Shown here piece by piece: positions 10,846 through 17,751 of a stretch of DNA of 32,000 bases. Below the pieces are notes generated by a model. It made no database searches, was not told where the DNA came from, and was given only the letters and a program-made list of their open reading frames with translations. Position 1 is the stretch's first letter. Every line of letters starts with the position of its first letter. Source of the stretch: Candidatus Competibacteraceae bacterium (GTDB taxonomy: Bacteria; Pseudomonadota; Gammaproteobacteria; Competibacterales; Competibacteraceae). Location: positions 1 to 32,000 of the forward strand of contig SKOM01000179.1 of NCBI GenBank assembly GCA_007120095.1, written 5' to 3'. The position numbers and the translations under genes were made by a program.

Positions 10846-11831
10846 GTGCCGTTAATGACCATCAGGTGCTGGCCGCGTCAGTGCGCAGCGGCCAGCGGCG
10901 TGCTTTGGCACGGTCGATTACCCTGATCGAATCCAGTCGCCGTGCTGATCAAGACATCGCCGAAGCGTTGCTCACTGAGCTGTTGCCGGATACCGGCAAC
11001 AGCATCCGCCTGGCGATTTCCGGTTCGCCGGGGGTGGGCAAATAGACGTTCATCGAAGCGTTTGGTCTCCATCTGGTTGAGCACGGTCACCGCGTTGCCG
11101 TGTTAGCGATCGATCCCAGCTCAGCACGCAGTGGCGGGTCAATTCTCGGTGATAAAACCCGCATGGAACAACTGACCCGCCGACCGGAAGCGTTTATCCG
11201 TCCCTCGCCGGCGGGGCGTACCCTCGGCGGTGTGGCGCGGCGTACCCGTGAGGCCATGCTGGTCTGTGAAGCTGCGGGGTTTGACGTGATCATTGTCGAA
11301 ACCGTGGGGGTGGGTCAGTCCGAGACGTTGGCTGCTGAGATGACCGATATGTTTTTGCTGCTGCTGCCGCCTGGGGGCGGTGACGATTTGCAGGGCATTA
11401 AACGCGGTATTATGGAGCTGGCGGATTTAGTCCTGGTCAATAAAGCCGATGGGGATTTACTGGCCGCTGCCCGGCGGGCGGCGTCGGATTATGGGCATGC
11501 CTTGGGTTTGATGCAGCCGCGTTCCCGCAGTTGGCGGGCCGAGGTCAAGCTGTGTTCTGCGGCGACGGGGCAGGGAATTGACACCGTCTGGGAGAGCGTC
11601 TGTGCGTATCGCCAGGCGTTAGAACAGTCCGCTGAGTTTCAACAGCAGCGGGCCGGTCAGGCGCGTTCCTGGTTATGGCAGGAACTGCGCGAGGGGTTAT
11701 TACAGACATTTCAGTCCGATGTCGCCATCCGTGCAGCCTTGCCAGACATTGAAGCGGCAGTGGTTGCCGGGACTACCCCAGCACCGCTGGCCGCACGGGA
11801 ATTACTCAATCAGTTTTTAGCCCGGCAGTGA
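10842..11831 (+). pseudogene. meaB: MeaB/ArgK methylmalonyl-CoA mutase-associated GTPase, interrupted by an in-frame TAG at 11043-11045
   Basis: ORFs 10842..11045 and 11100..11831 are in the same frame. Reading through gives [50 protein letters not shown], which is collinear with the MeaB consensus GxPGxGKSTFxEAFG...VAVx[17 protein letters not shown]. The ATGA overlap with the pccA stop indicates coupling. Confidence 0.85.
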
Positions 11832-11885
11832 TTGGCCGCTGAAGTCAGTGACGGTGGGTACAATCCAAGGAGTATGTAATTAATC

Positions 11886-12371
11886 ATGTTTATCAGTGTA
11901 TTAACTTTTATGGCCTTTTTTGCGGCGAGCGCTGCCGCCGCTGCTACAGGCTCATTGTTCAGTCCGGGCCAGTGGTATGACCGATTGGAGAAACCGCGCT
12001 GGACGCCGCCCAATTGGTTATTCCCCGTGGTCTGGACGATCCTGTACATCAGTATGACCATCGCGGCCTGGCGGGTGGCCTTTACCGATTCCCCCTTAGT
12101 GCCCCTGGCCTTGGCCTTATGGGCTTTACAGATCGCCCTGAACGCGCTGTGGACACCGGTGTTTTTCGGCCTGCAACGGCTGTGGGGGGGGCTGATTGTC
12201 CTGGTGATGCTGTGGGCGGCCGTGGTGTTGACCACTATTGCCTTTTTCTTTGTCGATGCTGTGGCCGGCTGGTTGTTTTTGCCCTATGTGTTGTGGGTGA
12301 GCACGGCTGGCGCCCTGAACTACGAAGTGTGGAAGCGTAATCCTGCCGCCGTACCTGCTGGCACCCATTAA
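11886..12371 (+). CDS. tspO: TspO/MBR tryptophan-rich sensory protein
   Basis: 161 aa with 5 TM segments. Signature WYDRLEKPRWTPPNWLFPVVWTILYISMTIAAW and the Trp-rich ALWALQIALNALWTPVFF. Confidence 0.9.
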   Translation: MFISVLTFMAFFAASAAAAATGSLFSPGQWYDRLEKPRWTPPNWLFPVVWTILYISMTIAAWRVAFTDSPLVPLALALWALQIALNALWTPVFFGLQRLWGGLIVLVMLWAAVVLTTIAFFFVDAVAGWLFLPYVLWVSTAGALNYEVWKRNPAAVPAGTH

Positions 12372-12409
12372 ACTGTGCTTTACTAAACAATAGCTTGGGC
12401 AGTTTTTGA

Positions 12410-12461
12410 GGTAAGCGTTCAGAGACCTCCCCCAGCGCGGGGGAGGCGAGCGTCGCTTACC
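12410..12461. other. Two-tier GC-rich inverted repeat (52 nt)
   Basis: The outer stem is GGTAAGCG (12410-12417) with CGCTTACC (12454-12461). The inner stem is a perfect 8 bp, CCTCCCCC (12426-12433) with GGGGGAGG (12439-12446), around a 5-nt loop. The tiers are separated by 8/7-nt unpaired spacers. No T-run follows on either strand. Confidence 0.6.
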
Positions 12462-12578
12462 CTGAGTCTGGTCATCAGGGCTAACGACTATTCGGTGCGC
12501 CAAATCGCTTAGGGGGTTCACTTTAGTAATACCTTCTGACTTCTTAATTTCCATACTATGTCGTTATTTTTCTTTGGT

Positions 12579-12625
12579 GGCTAACGCCGCAATCACGCGC
12601 CTGTCGAGTGCATTGCTTGGTTAGC
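12579..12625. other. 47-bp imperfect hairpin with AAC/GTT-type terminal boxes, overlapping the hydrolase stop codon
   Basis: Plus strand: GGCTAAC-gcc-GCAATCAC-gcgcctgtcga-GTG(c)ATTGC-ttg-GTTAGC. It has 6-bp terminal boxes, 3/3 unpaired spacers, and an 8-bp inner stem with one extrahelical base. A second GGCTAACG copy lies exactly 100 bp upstream, at 12479. Confidence 0.45.
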
Positions 12626-13351
12626 AAGCTTCTTCACGCTAGCACTTCCGCTATGGGTGTCCAGAACAACCATCCCCTCTGACTCCGCATCTATCTGAGC
12701 AAGAAGCTCCCCTCGAACGTTCCAGGTTGCCGACTGACCGACGCTAAGAAAGTCGTCGCTTGGCCCGACACAGTTGGCCATGATCACAAACATATTGTGC
12801 CTTCGAGCAACAATGGGATAGTGCTTCATTGCTTTGGCTAGGCCTCCAACAGGTTTTGCAACACTAGCGAGATAAATATCAGAAGATAAGGCGGCTGCAT
12901 CGTCGGCATGATCCATTTGAAGTGACTCATAACAGATGGCAGGCGTTAATTTGAAGCCCTGCCTCTCCAGCAAAAGCTGCTCATGACCCTGCACGAAGTA
13001 GGGATGCTCATCAGGGTGCAGTTGTTGTTTTGCGTATAGGCGTCGAACTTCACCAGACGCGAACCAAACCATTCCGATATACACATCAGAACCAGCAATG
13101 ATCGGCATACCGACACCTATAATCAGGTTGTGGTTATCGCTGCACTCCTGAAAAAGATCAAGTCGGTGGTCGTCTATGTCGATAGCAAGAGAGTCAGCGA
13201 GTCGTGGTTCGAACCCTGTGAGCGAAAGTTCAGGGAAGAACAGCACATCTGCTCGTTGGTTAACGGCTAGCTCAATAAGCTCAAGATGCTTAGCACGGTT
13301 AGTTGCGAAATCGCCTGCTATTGGTCGAAATTGAGCGGCACACACCTTCAT
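12593..13351 (-). CDS. Carbon-nitrogen hydrolase (nitrilase superfamily) protein
   Basis: MKVCAAQFRP...ADVLFFPELSLTGFEP carries the catalytic Glu context. YAKQQLH carries the Lys and TPAICYES the Cys of the E-K-C triad. ATG at 13351 is preceded by GGATAGGAAC; the track's TTG at 13384 is unlikely. Confidence 0.85.
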   Translation of the reverse strand: MKVCAAQFRPIAGDFATNRAKHLELIELAVNQRADVLFFPELSLTGFEPRLADSLAIDIDDHRLDLFQECSDNHNLIIGVGMPIIAGSDVYIGMVWFASGEVRRLYAKQQLHPDEHPYFVQGHEQLLLERQGFKLTPAICYESLQMDHADDAAALSSDIYLASVAKPVGGLAKAMKHYPIVARRHNMFVIMANCVGPSDDFLSVGQSATWNVRGELLAQIDAESEGMVVLDTHSGSASVKKLANQAMHSTGA

Positions 13352-13399
13352 AATCGAGTTCCTATCCAAACCTGATTTTTTCAAAGATTTGCTAGCGCC

Positions 13400-13443
13400 C
13401 AGTTTAACCGGCGCGGGCTTTGCCCGCGTCCGGTTTCAAGCTG
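13400..13443. other. Long imperfect hairpin with bulged bases (attC-like core or terminator)
   Basis: AACCGG-CGCGGGC (13406-13418), loop TTT, then GCCCGCG-(T)-CCGGTT (13422-13435). It is extended by CAGTTT (13400-13405) pairing with AAGCTG (13438-13443) across a 2-nt bulge. It lies between the SDR stop and the hydrolase start. Confidence 0.55.
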
Positions 13444-13555
13444 TTTTGTACGCCCAACATGGGCATGAACGTATGGGGTGAAAGTCCCCTGTATGAAGAT
13501 CACCGTAACCAAATGTACCGGATGTACCGGGAAACGGCGGTGGGCCGCTGCTACG

Positions 13556-14326
13556 CTACTGGGCCGTATAGCCGCCGTCGATAACCAGTTCAGAGCCGGT
13601 CACGAACTTCGATTCGTCGGATGCCAGGTAGACTACGCCCCAGGCGATATCGTCGGGCTCACCGACGTGCCCGATCGGGTGTTTTTCATCAAGCAGTTTC
13701 CGGAACGCTTCAACGCCGTCGGGGTGTTGTTTGCCGAGATCTTCGACCAGCGGCGTCCAGATATAGGCCGGGTGGATCGAGTTGACGCGGATGTTTTCGG
13801 TGGCATAGAACAGCGCGTCATTCTTGCTCATCAGGCGTACTGCGCCCTTTGAGGCGTGATAAGGGGGCAGATCGGCCGCCCCGATCAGGCCGTAGATCGA
13901 CGACAGGTTGACGATACTGCCGCTACCGGCCTTACGCATGTGGCCGATGGCGTGCTTGGTGCAGAGGAACACGCCGGTCACATTGATGTTGAACAGCGCT
14001 TCCCATTCCTCCCGGGTGACTTCGTCAGTCGGTTTGTTGACCCCGGCGATGCCGGCGTTATTGACGAGTACGTGAAGCCCGCCGAAGCGTTCTGCGACTT
14101 CGTCGTAGCACTGCCGGATGGCCTCCTCGTCGGTGACATCGACATGCCAGTAGTCGGCCTGGCCGCCGACGCTTTTGATTTCGGCCGCCACCGCCTTGCC
14201 GGCATTATCGTCGATGTCAAGCACGGCGACCACCGCACCTTCCTCGGCAAGCCGAATCGCTGAAGCCCGCCCGATTCCGAGTGCACCTCCGGTGACGACG
14301 GCTGCTTTTCCTGAAACACGATTCAT
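13556..14326 (-). CDS. Classical short-chain dehydrogenase/reductase (SDR)
   Basis: Has TGGALGIGRA (cofactor motif TGxxxGxG), NNAG, a catalytic S...YHASK, and the C-terminal VIDGGYTAQ. A strong AGGAGG RBS sits 5 nt upstream of ATG 14326. Confidence 0.9.
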   Translation of the reverse strand: MNRVSGKAAVVTGGALGIGRASAIRLAEEGAVVAVLDIDDNAGKAVAAEIKSVGGQADYWHVDVTDEEAIRQCYDEVAERFGGLHVLVNNAGIAGVNKPTDEVTREEWEALFNINVTGVFLCTKHAIGHMRKAGSGSIVNLSSIYGLIGAADLPPYHASKGAVRLMSKNDALFYATENIRVNSIHPAYIWTPLVEDLGKQHPDGVEAFRKLLDEKHPIGHVGEPDDIAWGVVYLASDESKFVTGSELVIDGGYTAQ

Positions 14327-14343
14327 CAGATTCCTCCTAGGTA

Positions 14344-14399
14344 GTGATGCGAATAGGAGCCACCGGCATGCAGGTGGTTGTCGAAAGCCGCTCCATCAC
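14344..14399 (-). promoter_or_regulatory. Structured element in the SDR 5' leader
   Basis: The outer stem is GTGATG (14344-14349) with CATCAC (14394-14399). The inner stem is CCACC (14360-14364) with GGTGG (14373-14377). It sits between the predicted promoter and the AGGAGG RBS. Confidence 0.4.
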
Positions 14400-14449
14400 G
14401 AAATGTCGAGACTATAAGAAAAATAAACGGCCTTATTTCATGAGAACCA

Positions 14450-14478
14450 AATATACCGGAAAACAGTCAGGATGTCAA
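14450..14478 (-). promoter_or_regulatory. Sigma70-like promoter reading toward the SDR gene
   Basis: On the minus strand: TTGACA (14478-14473), a 17-nt spacer, then TATATT (14455-14450). A second ATTGACA copy lies 15 bp upstream. The pair is bracketed by the inverted GTCAG (14466-14470) and CTGAC (14495-14499). Confidence 0.45.
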
Positions 14479-14531
14479 TTTGATAGGTGTCAATCTGACC
14501 GGAAAGCCATCCGAAATTTATAAATTTGTCT

Positions 14532-15080
14532 TTAATGAGCAGCAAATAAACGCTGCCAATCGAAAGCCGCACCAGGGTCGGTTTTACGCCCCGGCGCGAT
14601 GGCAGCGTGGCTGGTGATGCGCTGTGGCGTAATCGCTGGATAGTGCTGTTGCAAACTGCACACGACCTTGGCAAGCGTCGCATATTGACGATCATCGTAA
14701 GGCCACTCATCCGTGCCCTCTAATTCAACACCAATCGAAAAATCATTGCACCGGCTACGACCTTGGAAACATGATTCACCGGCATGCCAGGCGCGGCGGC
14801 TGAAGGGCACAAACTGAATCATTGAACCATCGCGGCGGATCAGCACATGAGCGGAAACCCTCAGGGTGTGGATCGTTGCGAAGTAGGGATGAGTATTCGG
14901 ATCGAGACGATTGCAAAACAGATCTTCGATCCACGGGCCGCCGAATTCTCTCGGCGGCAAGCTGATACCATGGATTACCAGCAGATCGATGACCATGCCC
15001 GGTGGACGGGCGTCCTGATTTGGCGACTCACAGTAGCGGGCCTGCGATAGGTAACCTTCCGGCAGTTCGATGGGCATCAT
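14532..15080 (-). CDS. ampD: 1,6-anhydro-N-acetylmuramyl-L-alanine amidase AmpD
   Basis: SPNQDARP...IDLLVIHGISLPP, VSAHVLIRRDG, RAWHAGES, FSIGVELEG and HAAIAPGRKTDPG are typical AmpD blocks. The start is ambiguous among TTG 15083, ATG 15080 and ATG 15077. Confidence 0.88.
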   Translation of the reverse strand: MMPIELPEGYLSQARYCESPNQDARPPGMVIDLLVIHGISLPPREFGGPWIEDLFCNRLDPNTHPYFATIHTLRVSAHVLIRRDGSMIQFVPFSRRAWHAGESCFQGRSRCNDFSIGVELEGTDEWPYDDRQYATLAKVVCSLQQHYPAITPQRITSHAAIAPGRKTDPGAAFDWQRLFAAH

Positions 15081-15182
15081 CAACCGTATCTCACATAAAG
15101 TGATGTGCTAGGATCAGCACAGCCGTGTTATTGGCCACAGAGCGTATCCAACCTAACTTCCCGCTTAACCTTTGGATGTCTT

Positions 15183-16202
15183 ATGAGCACGAGTGAAACC
15201 CCTACGGATCAATCCCCGACGCGCCCCGACCCCTGGACCCAAAACCCTAAAACCGAACCGCCCGCGCCCGGCAGTGAACAATGGGCCAAAGAGCTGGTAA
15301 CCAAGCTGGCTACCGATGCCCTGGTTGAAAAGCGCCGAGCGCGCCGTTGGGGCATCTTTTTCAAATTGCTGATCATGTTATACCTGATTACATTGTTATG
15401 GATAGGGCTGGGAGGCACTCAGTGGTTGAGCGACCTTGGTAAGGTGCGCCAGCATACCGCTATTGTCAATCTCACCGGCAGTATTACCGATGCCGCCGAA
15501 TCCAATGCCGATAATTTAGTCGCCGGTTTGCGAGCAGCTTTCAAGGACGACCAGACTGCGGGAGTGATTTTGCGGATTAATAGCCCCGGTGGCAGTCCAG
15601 TACAGGCCGGACTGGTATTTGAAGAAATACTGCGCCTGCGCGAGCTTCATCCGACGGTGCCCTTATACGCCGTGATCACTGATGTTGGTGCTTCGGGTGC
15701 CTATTACATCGCTGCGGCTGCTCAGGAAATCTACGCCAGCCCGGCGAGTTTAATTGGCTCGATTGGGGTTGTTGCCGGTGGATTCGGTTTCGTGGACACC
15801 TTGGAAAAACTCGGCATCGAACGCCGTTTGTACATCGCCGGTGACAACAAGGCCTTGCTGGATCCCTTCTCCCCGGAAGACAGCCAGCAAGCGGCGTTTT
15901 TCCAAGCCCTGTTGGATGAGATTCACCAGCAGTTTATCAGTGCGGTGCAACGCGGGCGTGGTGAGCGTTTGCAGGATGATCCCGAGTTGTTCAGCGGCCT
16001 GGTCTGGACAGGAGAGCGCAGTGTGGAACTGGGTCTGATTGACGGTCTGGGCTCTACCCGTTATGTCGCTGAAGAGTTGGTTGGTCAGGAGCGTTTGGTT
16101 GATTTTACCCGGCGCTTGCGGTGGACTGATCGTCTGCTACTGCAAATAGGTCGGGGTATCGGTGTGGGGGTGCTGGAGGAGGGACAGTGGCGTTTGCATT
16201 GA
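15183..16202 (+). CDS. sppA: Signal peptide peptidase SppA, 36K type (S49 peptidase)
   Basis: Has an N-terminal TM segment (WGIFFKLLIMLYLITLLWIGL). Also has RINSPGGSPVQ, GASGAYYIAAAA and the SLIGSIGV serine motif. ATG 15183 is preferred over the track's GTG 15105. Confidence 0.85.
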   Translation: MSTSETPTDQSPTRPDPWTQNPKTEPPAPGSEQWAKELVTKLATDALVEKRRARRWGIFFKLLIMLYLITLLWIGLGGTQWLSDLGKVRQHTAIVNLTGSITDAAESNADNLVAGLRAAFKDDQTAGVILRINSPGGSPVQAGLVFEEILRLRELHPTVPLYAVITDVGASGAYYIAAAAQEIYASPASLIGSIGVVAGGFGFVDTLEKLGIERRLYIAGDNKALLDPFSPEDSQQAAFFQALLDEIHQQFISAVQRGRGERLQDDPELFSGLVWTGERSVELGLIDGLGSTRYVAEELVGQERLVDFTRRLRWTDRLLLQIGRGIGVGVLEEGQWRLH

Positions 16203-16226
16203 ATTGTTAAGTATTTTTGTCAGGTA

Positions 16227-16255
16227 TTGTCAAGTGCTGCTTTGCGACATAAAAT
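16227..16255 (+). promoter_or_regulatory. Candidate sigma70 promoter of aceA
   Basis: TTGTCA (16227-16232), a 17-nt spacer, then TAAAAT (16250-16255). It lies about 75 nt upstream of the aceA ATG. A second TTGTCA is 10 bp upstream. Confidence 0.4.
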
Positions 16256-16330
16256 GCGCTTTATTTCTCTATGTGAACTAAATTTCGCATTGTGAAAATG
16301 CCACTGTACTGAAAATCTTGGAGAGCACAT

Positions 16331-17605
16331 ATGCCGCATTTAAGTATCGAGCAATTGCAACAAGACTGGGCCGAGAATCCGCGCTGGAAAGGCGTTCATC
16401 GTCCTTATGAAGCCACCGAAGTGGTGCGCTTACGGGGCACCGCTGAGATTGAATACACCCTGGCTAATAAAGGTTCCCGCAAGCTGTGGGATTACCTGCA
16501 CACCGAACCCTTCGTCAATTCCCTGGGTGCCTTGACCGGCAACCAGGCCATGCAGCAAGTCAAAGCCGGTCTTAAAGCGATTTACCTTTCCGGCTGGCAG
16601 GTGGCAGGCGACGCTAATACTTCATTGCAAATGTATCCTGATCAGTCGCTGTATGCGGTGAACTCAGTGCCGGAAGTGGTGCGTCGGATCAACAATACCC
16701 TGCAGCGTGCCGATCAACTGCACCACGCTGAGGGCAATGACAGTGTGGACTGGTTCCAGCCGATTGTGGCTGATGCCGAGGCCGGTTTCGGTGGGGTGCT
16801 CAACGCTTTTGAATTAATGAAGGCCATGATTGAAGCGGGGGCTTCCGGGGTGCATTTTGAGGATCAACTGGCTTCGGCGAAAAAGTGCGGGCATATGGGT
16901 GGCAAAGTGCTGGTGCCAACCCGTGAGGCGGTGCAAAAGCTGGTTGCTGCGCGTCTAGCGGCCGATGTCATGGGTGTGCCGACCCTGGTCATTGCTCGCA
17001 CGGATGCTGATGCGGCTAATTTGCTGACTTCTGATGCTGATGAGCACGATCACCGCTTTATCGTCAAAGGTGAGCGCACGGTGGAAGGGTTTTATCGGGT
17101 TAATGCCGGTATGGAACAGGCGATTGATCGGGCTATTTCCTATGCTGCTGTGGCCGATCTGGTATGGTGTGAGACCTCCGTGCCCGATCTGCAACAGGCT
17201 AAAACCTTTGCTGAAGCAGTGCACACAGTTCATCCTGGAAAATTACTGGCGTATAATTGCTCGCCCTCATTCAACTGGCGTAAAAATCTTGACGATGCCA
17301 GCATCGCTAAATTCCAGCGCGAGCTTGGGGCGATGGGGTATAAATTCCAGTTCATCACCCTGGCTGGCTTCCATGCATTGAATTACGGCATGTTTAAGTT
17401 AGCCAAAGGCTACAAAGAGCGTCAAATGGCCGCCTTTGTCGAGTTACAGGAAGCTGAATTTGCCGCTGCCGATCAGGGCTTCACGGCCATCAAGCATCAG
17501 CGTGAGGTCGGTACGGGCTATTTCGACACAGTGACTCAAACCATCACCAGCGGTTCCTCATCGGTGACCGCATTGACCGGATCGACCGAAGAAGCGCAGT
17601 TCTAG
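16331..17605 (+). CDS. aceA: Isocitrate lyase
   Basis: Has the signature KKCGHMGGK, plus [10 protein letters not shown] and EAGFGG. 424 aa, with a GGAGA RBS. The stop is TAG 17603-17605. Confidence 0.95.
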   Translation: MPHLSIEQLQQDWAENPRWKGVHRPYEATEVVRLRGTAEIEYTLANKGSRKLWDYLHTEPFVNSLGALTGNQAMQQVKAGLKAIYLSGWQVAGDANTSLQMYPDQSLYAVNSVPEVVRRINNTLQRADQLHHAEGNDSVDWFQPIVADAEAGFGGVLNAFELMKAMIEAGASGVHFEDQLASAKKCGHMGGKVLVPTREAVQKLVAARLAADVMGVPTLVIARTDADAANLLTSDADEHDHRFIVKGERTVEGFYRVNAGMEQAIDRAISYAAVADLVWCETSVPDLQQAKTFAEAVHTVHPGKLLAYNCSPSFNWRKNLDDASIAKFQRELGAMGYKFQFITLAGFHALNYGMFKLAKGYKERQMAAFVELQEAEFAAADQGFTAIKHQREVGTGYFDTVTQTITSGSSSVTALTGSTEEAQF

Positions 17606-17651
17606 ATACCGCTGGCCACTTATCCTCAATATTAGTATTTGGTATAAAGGA

Positions 17652-17683
17652 ACCCGATAGCCCTTTTGGCTGTCGGGTTTTTT
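17652..17683 (+). terminator. Rho-independent terminator of aceA
   Basis: ACCCGATAGCC-cttt-tGGCTGTCGGGT is followed by TTTTTT, starting 47 nt after the aceA stop. Confidence 0.75.
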
Positions 17684-17751
17684 GCTGTACACAAGCGTGG
17701 TATTTTATTTATCGTACTAAGTTTCCGGTCAACTGCACTGAACGATGGATT

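Noticed and set aside
11043-11045. The TAG in meaB as evidence of genetic-code reassignment or pyrrolysine-type recoding
   Set aside because: TAG ends at least three well-supported genes in this same window at their expected C-termini: the HAMP protein at 5094-5096, aceA at 17603-17605, and the SDR at 13556-13558. A reassigned amber codon is therefore not supported. A point mutation, a base-call error or ordinary low-level suppression are simpler explanations.
12126-12554. A 142-aa minus-strand ORF spanning the tspO-hydrolase spacer and running antisense into tspO
   Set aside because: There is no RBS before its ATG. More than half of it is antisense to the well-supported tspO gene. The product is Pro/Arg/Gln-rich with no recognisable domain.
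13478-13852. A 124-aa plus-strand ORF starting in the hairpin-containing spacer
   Set aside because: About 300 of its 375 nt are antisense to the SDR gene, which has textbook motifs. The ORF has no RBS and no recognisable motifs.
16254-16295. A 13-codon mini-ORF (MRFISLCELNFAL) upstream of aceA, considered as a possible leader peptide
   Set aside because: Its ATG overlaps the predicted -10 element, so it would lie at or before the transcription start. It has no RBS.
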